The notes: generated by a model not told the origin, from the sequence alone. Counted from the first letter of the stretch, positions 42,601 through 54,229 are shown. The stretch: 64,000 nucleotides of DNA from an uncultured Planctomycetaceae bacterium (GCA_963815195.1 CAWFGE010000012.1:192001-256000), one strand, 5' to 3'. Translations and numbers: made by a program.

Positions 42601-44460
42601 GTGCAAAAAGACGGAAAACCGTTGACCAAAACCTTCCAAGGCACGGCCCAACGCCTCGCAGAGACGCTGCCCTTGGAAAACGGCGAAAACCGGATCCGCG
42701 TGCGGCTGGAATCGGAAACCGGCAAAGAGGTGCTGTTCTCCGAGGCGATCGTCGTGTATTACCGCCGGCCGCCCGAAGTCAGCGAGCTGAAAGTCGAGGC
42801 CGACAAGAAAAACCCGACGGCCACGGTGTCCTGCATCGTCAAGACCCCGGAGGATTTGCCGCTGGGCGATTTGCGGTTCGCCGTCAACACCCGCGAGTAT
42901 TCGATCGATAAACTCCACCTCCAAGCGAAACGCCGGCCCGGGGACAAGACGCTCTGGGACGTGAGCGCGAATGGTGTGCTGCTGGACCAGGGCGAAAACC
43001 GGGTCCGCGTGATCGCCAAAAACGCCGATGCGGCCGCCATCAATCCGCCGGCAGTTACCGTCGATTGGCAGCCGCCGCCCATGCCGATCCCGCCCCGGCC
43101 CACGGTGGATTTTCTCAATGTCTCCAGCCAGGAGCCGATCACCACCTACCGCGAAGGGCAGGAGTTTCCCATCCGCTTCAAAGTGCAGGCCGAGGCCAAA
43201 CTGGCGCGGGTCGATGTCTACGTCAACGGCGACCGGCTGGACGCCCCCAAGATTCCCGAAGCCAAAAACGGGGTGACGTATCAATTCGATTTGCCGGCGA
43301 AGCTGACTTATTCGCGGAATGTACTGCGCGTGATCGCCATCGACGAGAACTTCCGCTTTGACGCCGCCGACGTGACGCTGAACGTGATCCAGCCGCCGGT
43401 GACGTTGGTCATCGACCGGCTCGAAGTGGTCAACCCCAAAGCGGGTTTTGCGAAATCGCTCCAACCCGTGTTGACGCGGAATCATACGGTGGAATTCGAC
43501 GCAGCCGCCGGCGGTGCCGACGTGATCCTTCGCGGCCGCATCGTGCTCTCGAACCCCGCCGTGACGGAGCCGCCTTACGTCAAATGCTGGGTCAACGGTT
43601 TCCTCCAGACCCAACGGCCGCGGCCGGTCAATGGCAATCCCCGCGAATGGAAATTCGCCACCCGGTTGGTGCTAAACCAAGAGAAGCACAACCGTCTGCT
43701 CCTGGAACTCGACGGCGCGGCCGAAAGCCAGATCAGCCAGACTCGCTGCCTCGTGGACTGCGACAATCCCGATCCCCAGCAAACCCTGCATTTGGTCGTC
43801 GTGGGCTACGATCCCAATAACCGCCGCGGCATCGACACGGATGTGCTCGCAAAACAGGCTGCCAAGGCCTTCGGCATCCAGAACAACAAGGCCCCGGCCT
43901 TCACCGCGGTCCGCATCTATCCAGTGGGCAATTCGGTGCGATTGGCGCAAATCAATCAATCGCTGGCGACTGTCAAACTGGCGAACGCCCGCCCGGAAAA
44001 AGGCGACCACCAGGTCGTCGCGTTCTATTACCAAGGCCAGGAAGTCCTCGACTCCAAGAACCAGGCCGGCCTGGCGACAAAGGACGACCCCATTGCGGGG
44101 AGGGACCTCTGCGACGTGCTGAGCAATATTCCCGGTGCGCATGTGATGTTTTTGGACGTGGCCCAGCCCCAACCGATCGACGAACATTGGGACGCCGGCC
44201 CCTATTTGGGCATGCTGAAAGCCACCCATCCCGGTTCCCTGCCTTCGGACCAATCCTTCCCACTGATGTCCGCCCTGGAAACCGCGTTCCCCAAAGTGCA
44301 GGCCCTGGACGAACTTCCGGGCGAAGTGCAAAAATCGCTCGCCACGCCCACGGTGGAACAATCTGTCCCCGAAGATTTGAAGCAGCTCATCATCGGCACC
44401 GCCACAAAAACCCGGCAAAGTCGCCGCCGCGCCGTGACGGTGAATCGAGATTTCGGATGA
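39664..44460 (+). CDS. Large secreted WD40-repeat protein with PDZ-like, Ig-like and C-terminal caspase-like (inactive) domains
   Basis: Signal peptide; VTALAFSPDG and GHTGQITDIAFSDDG...ASASRDRTVRVW; ANLQVGDVV; repeated GENRIRV/GENRVRV; C-terminal LHLVVVG...FYYQGQ...FLDVA. Confidence 0.8.
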   Translation: MTARLRITIAAWVVLTASALPAQPKPPAQDNNPQPILRLDAKGPVSDVTALAFSPDGNTLYGGGWDKVVYVWNKNKDGGWDFVRERALRIPIGPGTSGVVNAMAVSSDGQYLAVAGNAVGSHIAGFREGGLVWPSSAQSVEQRKQLGTIYVFHLENAQQPKVIQLSGHIGPVLALSFAESKPGVDPMLVSAGEDYDDQTTKQRGAVRVWNLNQPAGPIAERLDLPAPTEMKNVPRTLAAIRTGNAPHSLLVGIAWGDDVLRVWDVAQNELANPPNGGSMACATVNNQFLLAGGWRAGNNGQGVWQLGLWRPPFTKTSTPFKAQSPFTGNNMPFGLAVAAKDQSKALAIYIEPNGDAKLQKIGFFLADGNTLNRTSQDVLFGGGGKWPAYAISPQADFVAVAGNHQTTGIQIYKTNQLQQANPPVAQLLKGFGEELPRVRFYRKGEALGLALNRDLATPKDGKPDLMFDLDKAETLADVTGWQPAPGSDKSNFTITPGEAGDRKTVQIKFNDGKTAQITLPENQTPKRFARGPKTDNHPPLVALIIESSAFADPMLNIYNAETGDRLRWLVGHTGQITDIAFSDDGKLLASASRDRTVRVWWMEDLGKILGKRGLLKELNLSDKGDRAVVQKIGGQAQAALKANLQVGDVVQGVLKQNGELAPTPKAKDFYAFVSTKKPDNNITLQIQRGNQTLKPEVKVEQAVDERKPLFTLFFNEDKPAQKWSWLSWTPTGPFDSSDQEVEQYVGWHFNTKQENQPATFAEIGQYRQQNWGKGLLKTLIGTGAVPLVWPPMPEPQMSLKFREGDDPLLRVDTERNVRVRTKDVKAYLDLSSFPLDKIDRENLVWQVDGGEAKPLVPHESLRGTYEAPLSDFDWKPKPQLTPHRITVSLKTKTPDAEQFVVEQNVVYDPQAPPPPPPGGAYEEPLPKSELPAPAITSPASRTVLFQGPHPKETSIAVELTPSQARTLAGKMTFQLNGNTVQKDGKPLTKTFQGTAQRLAETLPLENGENRIRVRLESETGKEVLFSEAIVVYYRRPPEVSELKVEADKKNPTATVSCIVKTPEDLPLGDLRFAVNTREYSIDKLHLQAKRRPGDKTLWDVSANGVLLDQGENRVRVIAKNADAAAINPPAVTVDWQPPPMPIPPRPTVDFLNVSSQEPITTYREGQEFPIRFKVQAEAKLARVDVYVNGDRLDAPKIPEAKNGVTYQFDLPAKLTYSRNVLRVIAIDENFRFDAADVTLNVIQPPVTLVIDRLEVVNPKAGFAKSLQPVLTRNHTVEFDAAAGGADVILRGRIVLSNPAVTEPPYVKCWVNGFLQTQRPRPVNGNPREWKFATRLVLNQEKHNRLLLELDGAAESQISQTRCLVDCDNPDPQQTLHLVVVGYDPNNRRGIDTDVLAKQAAKAFGIQNNKAPAFTAVRIYPVGNSVRLAQINQSLATVKLANARPEKGDHQVVAFYYQGQEVLDSKNQAGLATKDDPIAGRDLCDVLSNIPGAHVMFLDVAQPQPIDEHWDAGPYLGMLKATHPGSLPSDQSFPLMSALETAFPKVQALDELPGEVQKSLATPTVEQSVPEDLKQLIIGTATKTRQSRRRAVTVNRDFG

Positions 44461-44777
44461 GTTTCACGAGCCGGAATCGCCCGTATTGAATCCGGTACTT
44501 CATCTTGCCCCAACGGGGCAAAACAAGTCAGCCTGGGGCGGAGCAATGCTGTGTGATTCGCCGGGCAACGTGCTTGGTCGACTTTCGGTTGTTGTCGCAC
44601 AAACTTCGCCGATTTTTCCCACACGCGCGATATTTTTTGGGTCTGGGGATTTGATCTTTCCCCAAGCCCCTCAGTACCTTAGAATAAACCGGACTCTTCG
44701 AGCGAGGGTCGAACAACGAATTATTCCGAGATTTTCTGGTTCGCTGTGGCTCGCGATTTGTTCCGCGAGGTCCCGCC

Positions 44778-45824
44778 ATGCCTCCGCAATCCCCGCCGAT
44801 GTTTTCCGTCAAGGAGACCTTTCTCCCCCTGCCGGAGAACCGTCTCGCTCAGACGGCGGTGTTGGAAATGGCCCAACCGGCCCCGCATCGCCAGGGTCGG
44901 CTCGTGTTTTTGAGCGGGCCGTCAGGCGTCGGTAAATCCCTGCTGGTGCTCGAGTTAACCCGCCTGCTCCACGGCAAACTCCGCAAAAACAAATCCGCCA
45001 GCCTCACCGCGAGCGCTTGGGCCGCGGAACTGGCCGAGCACTCCCAAAACCAGACGATCGCCGACTTCCAGGACAGATACCGCGAGCTGGAACTTCTGAT
45101 CTGCGAAGATATTACGGCTCTTTCCGGCCGCAAGGAATCCCAGCAGCAATTGTCCGTGGTGATCGATGAAATCCTCGCATCCGGCGGGAGAGTGCTCATC
45201 ACTTCGACGGTTCCCGCCGGCAGCCTCCGGCGGTTTTCCCGGCGGTTGACGAACCGTTTCCACGGCGGCGTGACGGCGAGCATTCCGCTCCCCGATTTTG
45301 ACAGCCGGGTCTTGCTCCTCAACCATTTCGCCGCGGCCCGGCAGATTGCCTTGCCTGTTTCGGCCGCCGACACGCTCGCCAACGGCCTCGCCGTTTCGCC
45401 CCGCGAACTGTTGGCGGCCCTCATCCAATTGGAAACCGTCGCCCGCCGGCAGAATCTGCCCCTGAGCTCCACCCTGGCCGAGCATTATTTGAACACCGAA
45501 TCCCCGCTGCAAACCGCGACCCTGTCGGAGGTTGCGAAAGCCGTCGCCCGGCAGTTCGGGGTGCCGTTGTCGGGGCTCCGCGGAAAAAAACGCGCCCACG
45601 GCGTCGTCTTGCCCAGGCAGTGCGCCATGTTTTTGGCCCGGGAACTCACCGACCATTCCCTGGCGTCGATCGCCCAGTTCTTTGGACGCCGGCATCACAG
45701 CACCGTCGTCCACGCGTGCAAACGATTGGAATCGGAGCTGGACTGCGAACCCGCCCTCCGGCAGCATCTGGCCCAAATCCGCGCGGTGTTGGGCGCTCAT
45801 CCCTCCGCCAGCTCTTGCGGATGA
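44778..45824 (+). CDS. dnaA: Chromosomal replication initiator DnaA-family protein lacking N-terminal domains I/II
   Basis: ENRLA, GPSGVGKS, RLTNRF.GG, PRELL, PRQCAMFL and FGRRHHSTVVHA; 348 aa; upstream of dnaN. Confidence 0.88.
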   Translation: MPPQSPPMFSVKETFLPLPENRLAQTAVLEMAQPAPHRQGRLVFLSGPSGVGKSLLVLELTRLLHGKLRKNKSASLTASAWAAELAEHSQNQTIADFQDRYRELELLICEDITALSGRKESQQQLSVVIDEILASGGRVLITSTVPAGSLRRFSRRLTNRFHGGVTASIPLPDFDSRVLLLNHFAAARQIALPVSAADTLANGLAVSPRELLAALIQLETVARRQNLPLSSTLAEHYLNTESPLQTATLSEVAKAVARQFGVPLSGLRGKKRAHGVVLPRQCAMFLARELTDHSLASIAQFFGRRHHSTVVHACKRLESELDCEPALRQHLAQIRAVLGAHPSASSCG

Positions 45825-46331
45825 ATGCGGAAAAATTGTGGCGCCGCCGGGCAGTTTCCGCGGGCAATTTTTCGTCAAATGGGGCCCGCCGGGCCGGGCC
45901 GGTGAATAACCCCCGCCCTGTTCTCAGCATCCCCACAGGCGCTCCACGTGTTTCCCACAATTTTTTCACACCGCGCCGCCCGGAAGCAGGAGTCATAAAT
46001 CACGTTCTATCTGCACGTTATGCATGGATCATTGATAACAATCCACAGCCAGGCCGCCCGCCAGATACTACTGCTGCTACATAATTCTTAGAAAAGAAAT
46101 CCATAGGCATCGCCGCCGGTGTTTTCGCGGAGATCGCTTCCGATCCCGGCCTCTTTTTCTTTGGAAAGATCCCAAAGTTTCCCGGGTTTGAAGCGGGAAG
46201 AATTCACTTGAATTTCGTATAATGACGAGGGATTTCCGCCCTCGATTCCGCGCGATGTTTTCGTTCCTTTTTTCCCGCTTTGCCGGCGCGATTCTCCGGC
46301 CCGGCAAACAGAGACTTACGGTCGTTTTCTC
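45825..46331. promoter_or_regulatory. oriC: Probable replication origin oriC (DnaA boxes, GC spacer, DnaA-trios, AT-rich tract)
   Basis: dnaA-dnaN spacer. Box-like 9-mers: ggtgaataa (45901), tttcccaca (45951), tttttcaca (45962), caatccaca (46039). Then GC-rich 46048-46062, tactactgctgctac 46066-46080 and AT-rich 46081-46100. Confidence 0.75.
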
Positions 46332-47441
46332 ATGAAATTACACTGTCATCGGGCCTCCCTGCAAACGGCTTTCCAGATTGTCTCCGGCGTTGTGCCCGCG
46401 CGGACTCCGAAGGAAATCCTCAAAAACGTGAAGCTGGAAGTCGCCGGCGGCGCGGCCACGTTGATCGGCACCGATCAGGAAGTCGGCATTCGTTACCAGA
46501 TCCCGGGCGTCGAGACCGATTCCGCCGGCGAGACGCTCCTGCCGACGAACCGCGTGATGTCGATCCTCCGCGAACTCACCGATGAGAGCGTGGATTTCGA
46601 AATCAGCGAAGACCGCGTCGACATCCGCTCGGGCCACAGCGAGTTCCAGCTCTCGGCCGAAGACCCCGCGGAGTTCCCCCCCGTCGCCGAATTCAACGAG
46701 AGCAATTACCACGTGGTCCCCGGCCATGTGTTTCGCGAAGCCATTCGCCGCACGATTTTCGCCACGGACCTGGAAAGCACCCGCTACGCGCTCGGCGGGA
46801 TTTTGTTGGAACTGGGCGAGGGCGGCGTCGCGCTCGTCGCCACCGACAGCCGCCGGCTCGCCCTCCAAAAAGCCCCCTGCAAGTCGGAAGGCACGCCCGA
46901 AGACGAGAACAGCACGCCCGTCGTCCCGCGCACCGCCATGAGCCTCATCGAAAAAAGCATCGATGACGACGGCGACGTTCTGGTCGCGGTGCATCAAAAC
47001 GATGTCGTCGTCAAAAGCGGGAACTCGACCATCTACAGCCGGCTTGTCGAAGGCCGCTTCCCCCGCTACGGCGATGTGATTCCCAGCGACTCCAACCATG
47101 TGATCGACCTGGTCGTGGGGCCGTTTTACTCGGCGGTCCGGCAGGCCCAGATTTTGACGAACGAAGACAGCCGCGGCGTCGATTTCCAGTTCGCCGACGG
47201 CACGCTCACCCTGAAAAGCGAAGCGTCGGATGTGGGCTCCTCCAAGATCGAACTGCCCATCGCCTACGACGGCGAGGCGATGACCATCAAGTTCGACCCC
47301 CGCTACATCGCCGAGTTTTTGAAAAACTTCGAGTCGGAAAAACAAGTCTCGCTGCACCTGATCGACTCCGAAAGCGCCGCCGTCTTCCGCACCGACGACA
47401 ACTACACCTACGTCATCATGCCCCTGTCCCGCGAACCCTAG
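46332..47441 (+). CDS. dnaN: DNA polymerase III beta clamp
   Basis: GTDQEVGI, RYALGG, VATDSRRL, SRLVEGRFP and YVIMPL motifs. Confidence 0.97.
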   Translation: MKLHCHRASLQTAFQIVSGVVPARTPKEILKNVKLEVAGGAATLIGTDQEVGIRYQIPGVETDSAGETLLPTNRVMSILRELTDESVDFEISEDRVDIRSGHSEFQLSAEDPAEFPPVAEFNESNYHVVPGHVFREAIRRTIFATDLESTRYALGGILLELGEGGVALVATDSRRLALQKAPCKSEGTPEDENSTPVVPRTAMSLIEKSIDDDGDVLVAVHQNDVVVKSGNSTIYSRLVEGRFPRYGDVIPSDSNHVIDLVVGPFYSAVRQAQILTNEDSRGVDFQFADGTLTLKSEASDVGSSKIELPIAYDGEAMTIKFDPRYIAEFLKNFESEKQVSLHLIDSESAAVFRTDDNYTYVIMPLSREP

Positions 47442-47490
47442 TTCAAATTGCTTGGTCATTGGTGCTTGGTCATTGGGATTTCCCTCCTTT

Positions 47491-47835
47491 ATGTCTGGTC
47501 CCGAACATCTCTCGCAGGCCTTGTCCCGCTTGATCGCTCTCCGCGGACTCGCGCGGGTGCGGGGGGAATCGCAACTCCAGGACACGTGGAACAAAATCGC
47601 CGGCGAACGCATCGCAAATCACACCCGCGCCCTGGAAATCCGCCGCGGCGTCCTCTGCATCGGCGTGGGTAACGCCCCCATGCTTGGCGAACTGGCGGCC
47701 TTCCACAAACAAAACCTGTTAAAGAAACTCCAAGCCGACCACCCGGACTTAAAGATTCGCGACCTGAAGTTCAAACTCAGAACCGACATCAAGTCCAAAA
47801 AATCCCAAGCCCCCAATCCGAATGACCAAGAGTAA
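47491..47835 (+). CDS. DUF721 / DciA-family protein
   Basis: W..IAG..IA.HT......GVL.I.V...pattern; located between dnaN and gyrB. Confidence 0.85.
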   Translation: MSGPEHLSQALSRLIALRGLARVRGESQLQDTWNKIAGERIANHTRALEIRRGVLCIGVGNAPMLGELAAFHKQNLLKKLQADHPDLKIRDLKFKLRTDIKSKKSQAPNPNDQE

Positions 47836-47839
47836 AAAG

Positions 47840-47919
47840 GCCTGAGCCGCGCACGAAGTAAGCGGTTTTGTGTTGTCTGAATCCCTGAAAACCGCTTACT
47901 TCGTGCGCGGCTCTTGAAA
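47840..47919. repeat. ~80-bp palindromic element, copy 2 (inverted relative to 12508-12587)
   Basis: Same 23-bp arms at 47844-47866 and 47891-47913; spacer differs from copy 1 at four positions. Confidence 0.9.
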
Positions 47920-48078
47920 GGGACGTTTCTGCGGGCTTATGCCCGCAGCTATATGCTGTCGCCGCTTCGCGGCTGTTCAATAACGGCAGGCCAATTCTTA
48001 GCAATACGTAGTTCAATAGGTTCGCCTACAATACGGAACCAATCAATTCGTCAAACGAATCTACACTTAAGGGAGTAA

Positions 48079-50673
<2,595 letters not shown>

Positions 50674-50683
50674 CTGATCTCGT

Positions 50684-51070
50684 TTAAGCGTCGGTGACGG
50701 AGTGGAGCGCCACGCGGTTGCCTTCGCTGTCGAGGAGCATCGCGCGGTATCCGTGCGGTCCGATGGAGTGCACATCCTCGACAACCTGGCCGCCCTTGTC
50801 TTTGGCCTTGGCGACGGCATCGCGGATGCGGCCGTTGACGTTGAGGTACAACAATATCCCGCGGTCTGCGGCGATTTCGTCCGGTTTGGGAACCAGGCAG
50901 CCGCCGTTGCCGTCCTGATGATCGAGCACCGAGAACTGAAACTCCCCGAAGCTCTGCTGGTCCACTTTGATCGCGAGAACCTCGGCATAAAACGCCGTCG
51001 CCCTCGTCAGGTCGGTGACGGGAATATCAAACCACACGGCCCGGTTGTGTTGAGAATTGAAGTCGCTCAT
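50684..51070 (-). CDS. VOC/glyoxalase family protein
   Basis: VWFDIPVTDLTRATAFY...DSEGNRVALH. Confidence 0.9.
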   Translation of the reverse strand: MSDFNSQHNRAVWFDIPVTDLTRATAFYAEVLAIKVDQQSFGEFQFSVLDHQDGNGGCLVPKPDEIAADRGILLYLNVNGRIRDAVAKAKDKGGQVVEDVHSIGPHGYRAMLLDSEGNRVALHSVTDA

Positions 51071-51267
51071 CGTGGTGGCTTTCTGGGAAATGGAAAGAAT
51101 CGATAGGAGAAAAAAACTATACCCCGGCTTCCAGTGGTTGTCTATACATTTGCTGCAAACTCGGGTTGTCCCGCCCGACCAAACGGCTAAAATCCGCCGC
51201 TTCGATAAAAGCATTCGCCAGAGGGCGCTAGCCCCGGTTTCTGGCATTGACAGGTGCAGGAGGCAAC

Positions 51268-51984
51268 GTGCGGATTCGCAGTCGATGGCTCACAATCGCG
51301 GCGGCCCGGGTGATTATTGTTTTCATGCGGCTCGTGTTTTGGACCTGCCGCATAAAAGTCTACGCGGCGCTGCCCGGCACCAATGCTTATGAGGACGTCG
51401 GCGACGATCGGCATTTCTACAGCGTTTGGCACGATCAGATTGTGATGATCCTCTTCAGCGGCAAGCCGAAACGGGTTGCGGGTTTGGTCAGCAAGCATCA
51501 GGACGGATCCTACGTGGCCGACGTGATGCGGATGCTCGATGTCAAACCCGTCCGCGGCTCGACCAAGCGCGGCGGAGCGGAGGCCCTCAAGCAGTTGCTC
51601 GACGCGGCCGAGGATTATCACATCACGATCACGCCGGACGGGCCGCGCGGGCCGCGGCATCAGATCAAGCCGGGGATCGTGTTTCTCGCCTCGCACACCG
51701 GCCGCAAAATCGTGCCCACCGCGTTTGCCTGCCGGAGCGATTGGTCCATCCAAGGCAACTGGACCGACATGATGATCCCGAGGCCCTTCACCACGATCGT
51801 CGCGTTCGGCGGCCATCCGCTCGAAGTGCCGCCGAACTTGACCCGCGAAGGCATCGACGAATACGCGGCCAAGCTGGAAATCCTGATGAGTCAATGCGAA
51901 CAAAAAGCCCAGCGGCTGCTCAACGGCGAAACCTTGGAGCGAGTGCTCGCCGAGAAAGAAGCCCCGAACCGCATCGCCGCTTGA
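51268..51984 (+). CDS. DUF374 / lysophospholipid acyltransferase-like protein
   Basis: WHDQ, SKHQDG, VRGST.RGG and ITPDGPRGP motifs. Confidence 0.9.
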   Translation: MRIRSRWLTIAAARVIIVFMRLVFWTCRIKVYAALPGTNAYEDVGDDRHFYSVWHDQIVMILFSGKPKRVAGLVSKHQDGSYVADVMRMLDVKPVRGSTKRGGAEALKQLLDAAEDYHITITPDGPRGPRHQIKPGIVFLASHTGRKIVPTAFACRSDWSIQGNWTDMMIPRPFTTIVAFGGHPLEVPPNLTREGIDEYAAKLEILMSQCEQKAQRLLNGETLERVLAEKEAPNRIAA

Positions 51985-52037
51985 TGTTGTAGGGTCCGCT
52001 GTGCGGACCGTTGAAGAAGTGACGCGGCCGGGGCGTG

Positions 52038-53027
52038 CTACTCTTCCTTTGCTTTTTGCCGTGGGGCGGGCTTGCCGCTTTGGCCGTATTGCGTGCCGTC
52101 GGAGGTCATCAGCCGGGCGTAGGCGAGGGGATCGATTTTCGCCGAGAGCGGGCCGCCGTGGCCGTCAGCGTACATGACATTCACGAAGTCGCCGTGCAGG
52201 GAACTCGGTCCCGGACACCGGCCCGGCAGCGAACCATGATTGCCGTTGACCGCAAACGGTCCCAAGTCCGCCCCGCCTAAGTGCAAAGGGCCCCGGCGAT
52301 CGGGTCCGTCGGCAAACGATAGCCGATCGCGGCCGATGACAAACGCCAGGTCCATCGTCTCTCGCGACAGCCAGTTCCCCGCGTTGAGGTTTTCCGTCAA
52401 GAGCAGCGTGTACTCCAACCCGTCGTGTTTGCCGATGAACGGCAGCGACATGCGAAACCCTTCGCCCGCCGGCCGCGGGTCCGGCCGCCAGATCACGCCG
52501 GTGGCATAATTGACGGCATATTCGCGTTCCGAGATTTCCCCGTCGCCGTCGAGGTCGATCGCCGCGGTGTGCGTGCCGGCTTCGCGGACCGCGTGGGTTT
52601 CCGCATCCACGGGAAACAGCCCGTAACCGCCATTGGTCACATAGGACAAAGCCCCCGTTTCTCCGCCCGCGCGGGGATCGTCCGGGCAGACAAACTGCGG
52701 CACGGCAAGAGTCTTGAGCTTTTCTTCCGGCACCAACCCTTTGCCCTCGACCGCTCCAGGAATATCCAGATAAGGGGCCAGTTCCACGGGCCAACCGTGC
52801 TCGTCCACCAGGTAGGGCAGATTGCCTTTGCGGTCGTCGGCATAGAGAATGACGGTTTCCGCGAGCTTCCGGCTGCGGGCCACGCACAACGTATCCCGCG
52901 AAACGCCCCGCACGGACAAAAGCCACGGAATCGCAATCAGCAGCAGCAGCAGCAAACACCCCACAGAGATCGTGACCTCCAAGGCACTCAGTCCCCGCCG
53001 GGGCGACGCGTGCGGATGGCGATTCAT
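52038..53027 (-). CDS. Divergent DUF1559-like prepilin protein
   Basis: RRGLSALE N-terminus plus hydrophobic helix, CPDD, DGLEYTLLLTEN and PSSLHGDFVNVMYADG. Confidence 0.8.
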   Translation of the reverse strand: MNRHPHASPRRGLSALEVTISVGCLLLLLLIAIPWLLSVRGVSRDTLCVARSRKLAETVILYADDRKGNLPYLVDEHGWPVELAPYLDIPGAVEGKGLVPEEKLKTLAVPQFVCPDDPRAGGETGALSYVTNGGYGLFPVDAETHAVREAGTHTAAIDLDGDGEISEREYAVNYATGVIWRPDPRPAGEGFRMSLPFIGKHDGLEYTLLLTENLNAGNWLSRETMDLAFVIGRDRLSFADGPDRRGPLHLGGADLGPFAVNGNHGSLPGRCPGPSSLHGDFVNVMYADGHGGPLSAKIDPLAYARLMTSDGTQYGQSGKPAPRQKAKEE

Positions 53028-53108
53028 CGGCTGGCCTCCTCGTTCAGTCTCAACGAGTGCTGGAGTCGGTTTTGTTCCTTCGCTTCACACTCGTCATTCT
53101 ATCAAATC

Positions 53109-53193
53109 TTTGAGCGGCTGGGCCGTAGCCGCCGGTGTTTTTTGAGTTGTCTTGCGATTCCAACAACCGGCGGCTAGCGCCCAGCCGCTCAAA
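53109..53193. repeat. REP doublet of the GCGCTAGCC family
   Basis: tttgagcggctgggccgtagccgccggt ... accggcggctagcgcccagccgctcaaa inverted arms. Confidence 0.8.
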
Positions 53194-53286
53194 AACCCTT
53201 CTTCGCGATCCGGACTCCCGCAGCGCGCACCGATCGCATAGAATGGCACGTGCGGGCGCTGGCGTTCGGATTGCCATTCTTGGGAG

Positions 53287-54229
53287 ATGCTTCCATGTCC
53301 TCACGGACCGCGCGGCGACAGCCGGGGCTTTACGCTGATCGAGTTGCTGGTGGTGATCGCGATCATTGCGATCCTCGTGGCGCTGTTGTTGCCTGCCGTG
53401 CAGCAAGCCCGGGGCAGCGCTCAACGGGTGCAATGCCGGAACAACCTCAAGCAGATCGGCCTCGCGCTTCACAACTATGCCGAGCAGCACGGCGTCCTGC
53501 CGCCCGGCAGCACCAGCGAAGTCGAGCGGGGCGTGTGGAAGGATCGGCCCTGGCGGTATCACCTGCATAGCTGGGCGAGTTTGATCCTCCCGCAGTTGGA
53601 TCAGGCCAACATCCAAAAGCGGATCGACTATAATGTCTCCGCCTTGGACCCGGCGAATCGGCAGGCGGCGAGTTTGATTGTTTCGACGTATCGCTGCGCA
53701 AGTTATTCCGGACCGGATTACAGCATCGATCCGCTCTACACCGCGATCTCGCCCACGCTGGCTCTCCGCAACTATGTGGCGATCGGGGCGACGGACATCG
53801 GCCGATTGTGGCAAAAGCCCGACGGCGTGTTTTATGCCCGCTCGAATACCCGCTTCCAAGACATCACCGACGGCGTGTCGAATACGCTGTTCATCGTCGA
53901 GACGCGCGATCAAGGGGCCGCGGTCTGGATCGACGGCGGAGCGGCGGCGGTCGCGGGCCGGCGGTACGACGCCTCCAATCCCCCCAGCTACGCCGGCCCC
54001 GAAAACTCCTTAAACTACACCCCCTACTACCAGGTCGAACGCGATCCCGATGGCAACAAACTCTACCCCTCGCTCGATTGCCTGTACGGCCCCTCGAGCT
54101 TCCACACCGGCGGCGCGCTTCCACCTGTTAGGCGACGGCAGCGTGCGATTGATCTCCGAATACACCAACGTCACCATCTATGATGCCCTCTGCTCCCGAG
54201 CCGGCGGCGAAGTGGCTACATTGGAGTAG
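53287..54229 (+). CDS. DUF1559 prepilin-type protein (frameshift ~54117)
   Basis: [42 protein letters not shown]; the alternative frame gives [10 protein letters not shown]...AGGEV. Confidence 0.9.

Noticed and set aside
41131..43614. 827-aa minus-strand ORF
   Set aside because: Antisense shadow of the WD40 protein; no recognisable domain.
46338..47612. 424-aa minus-strand ORF
   Set aside because: Antisense to dnaN.
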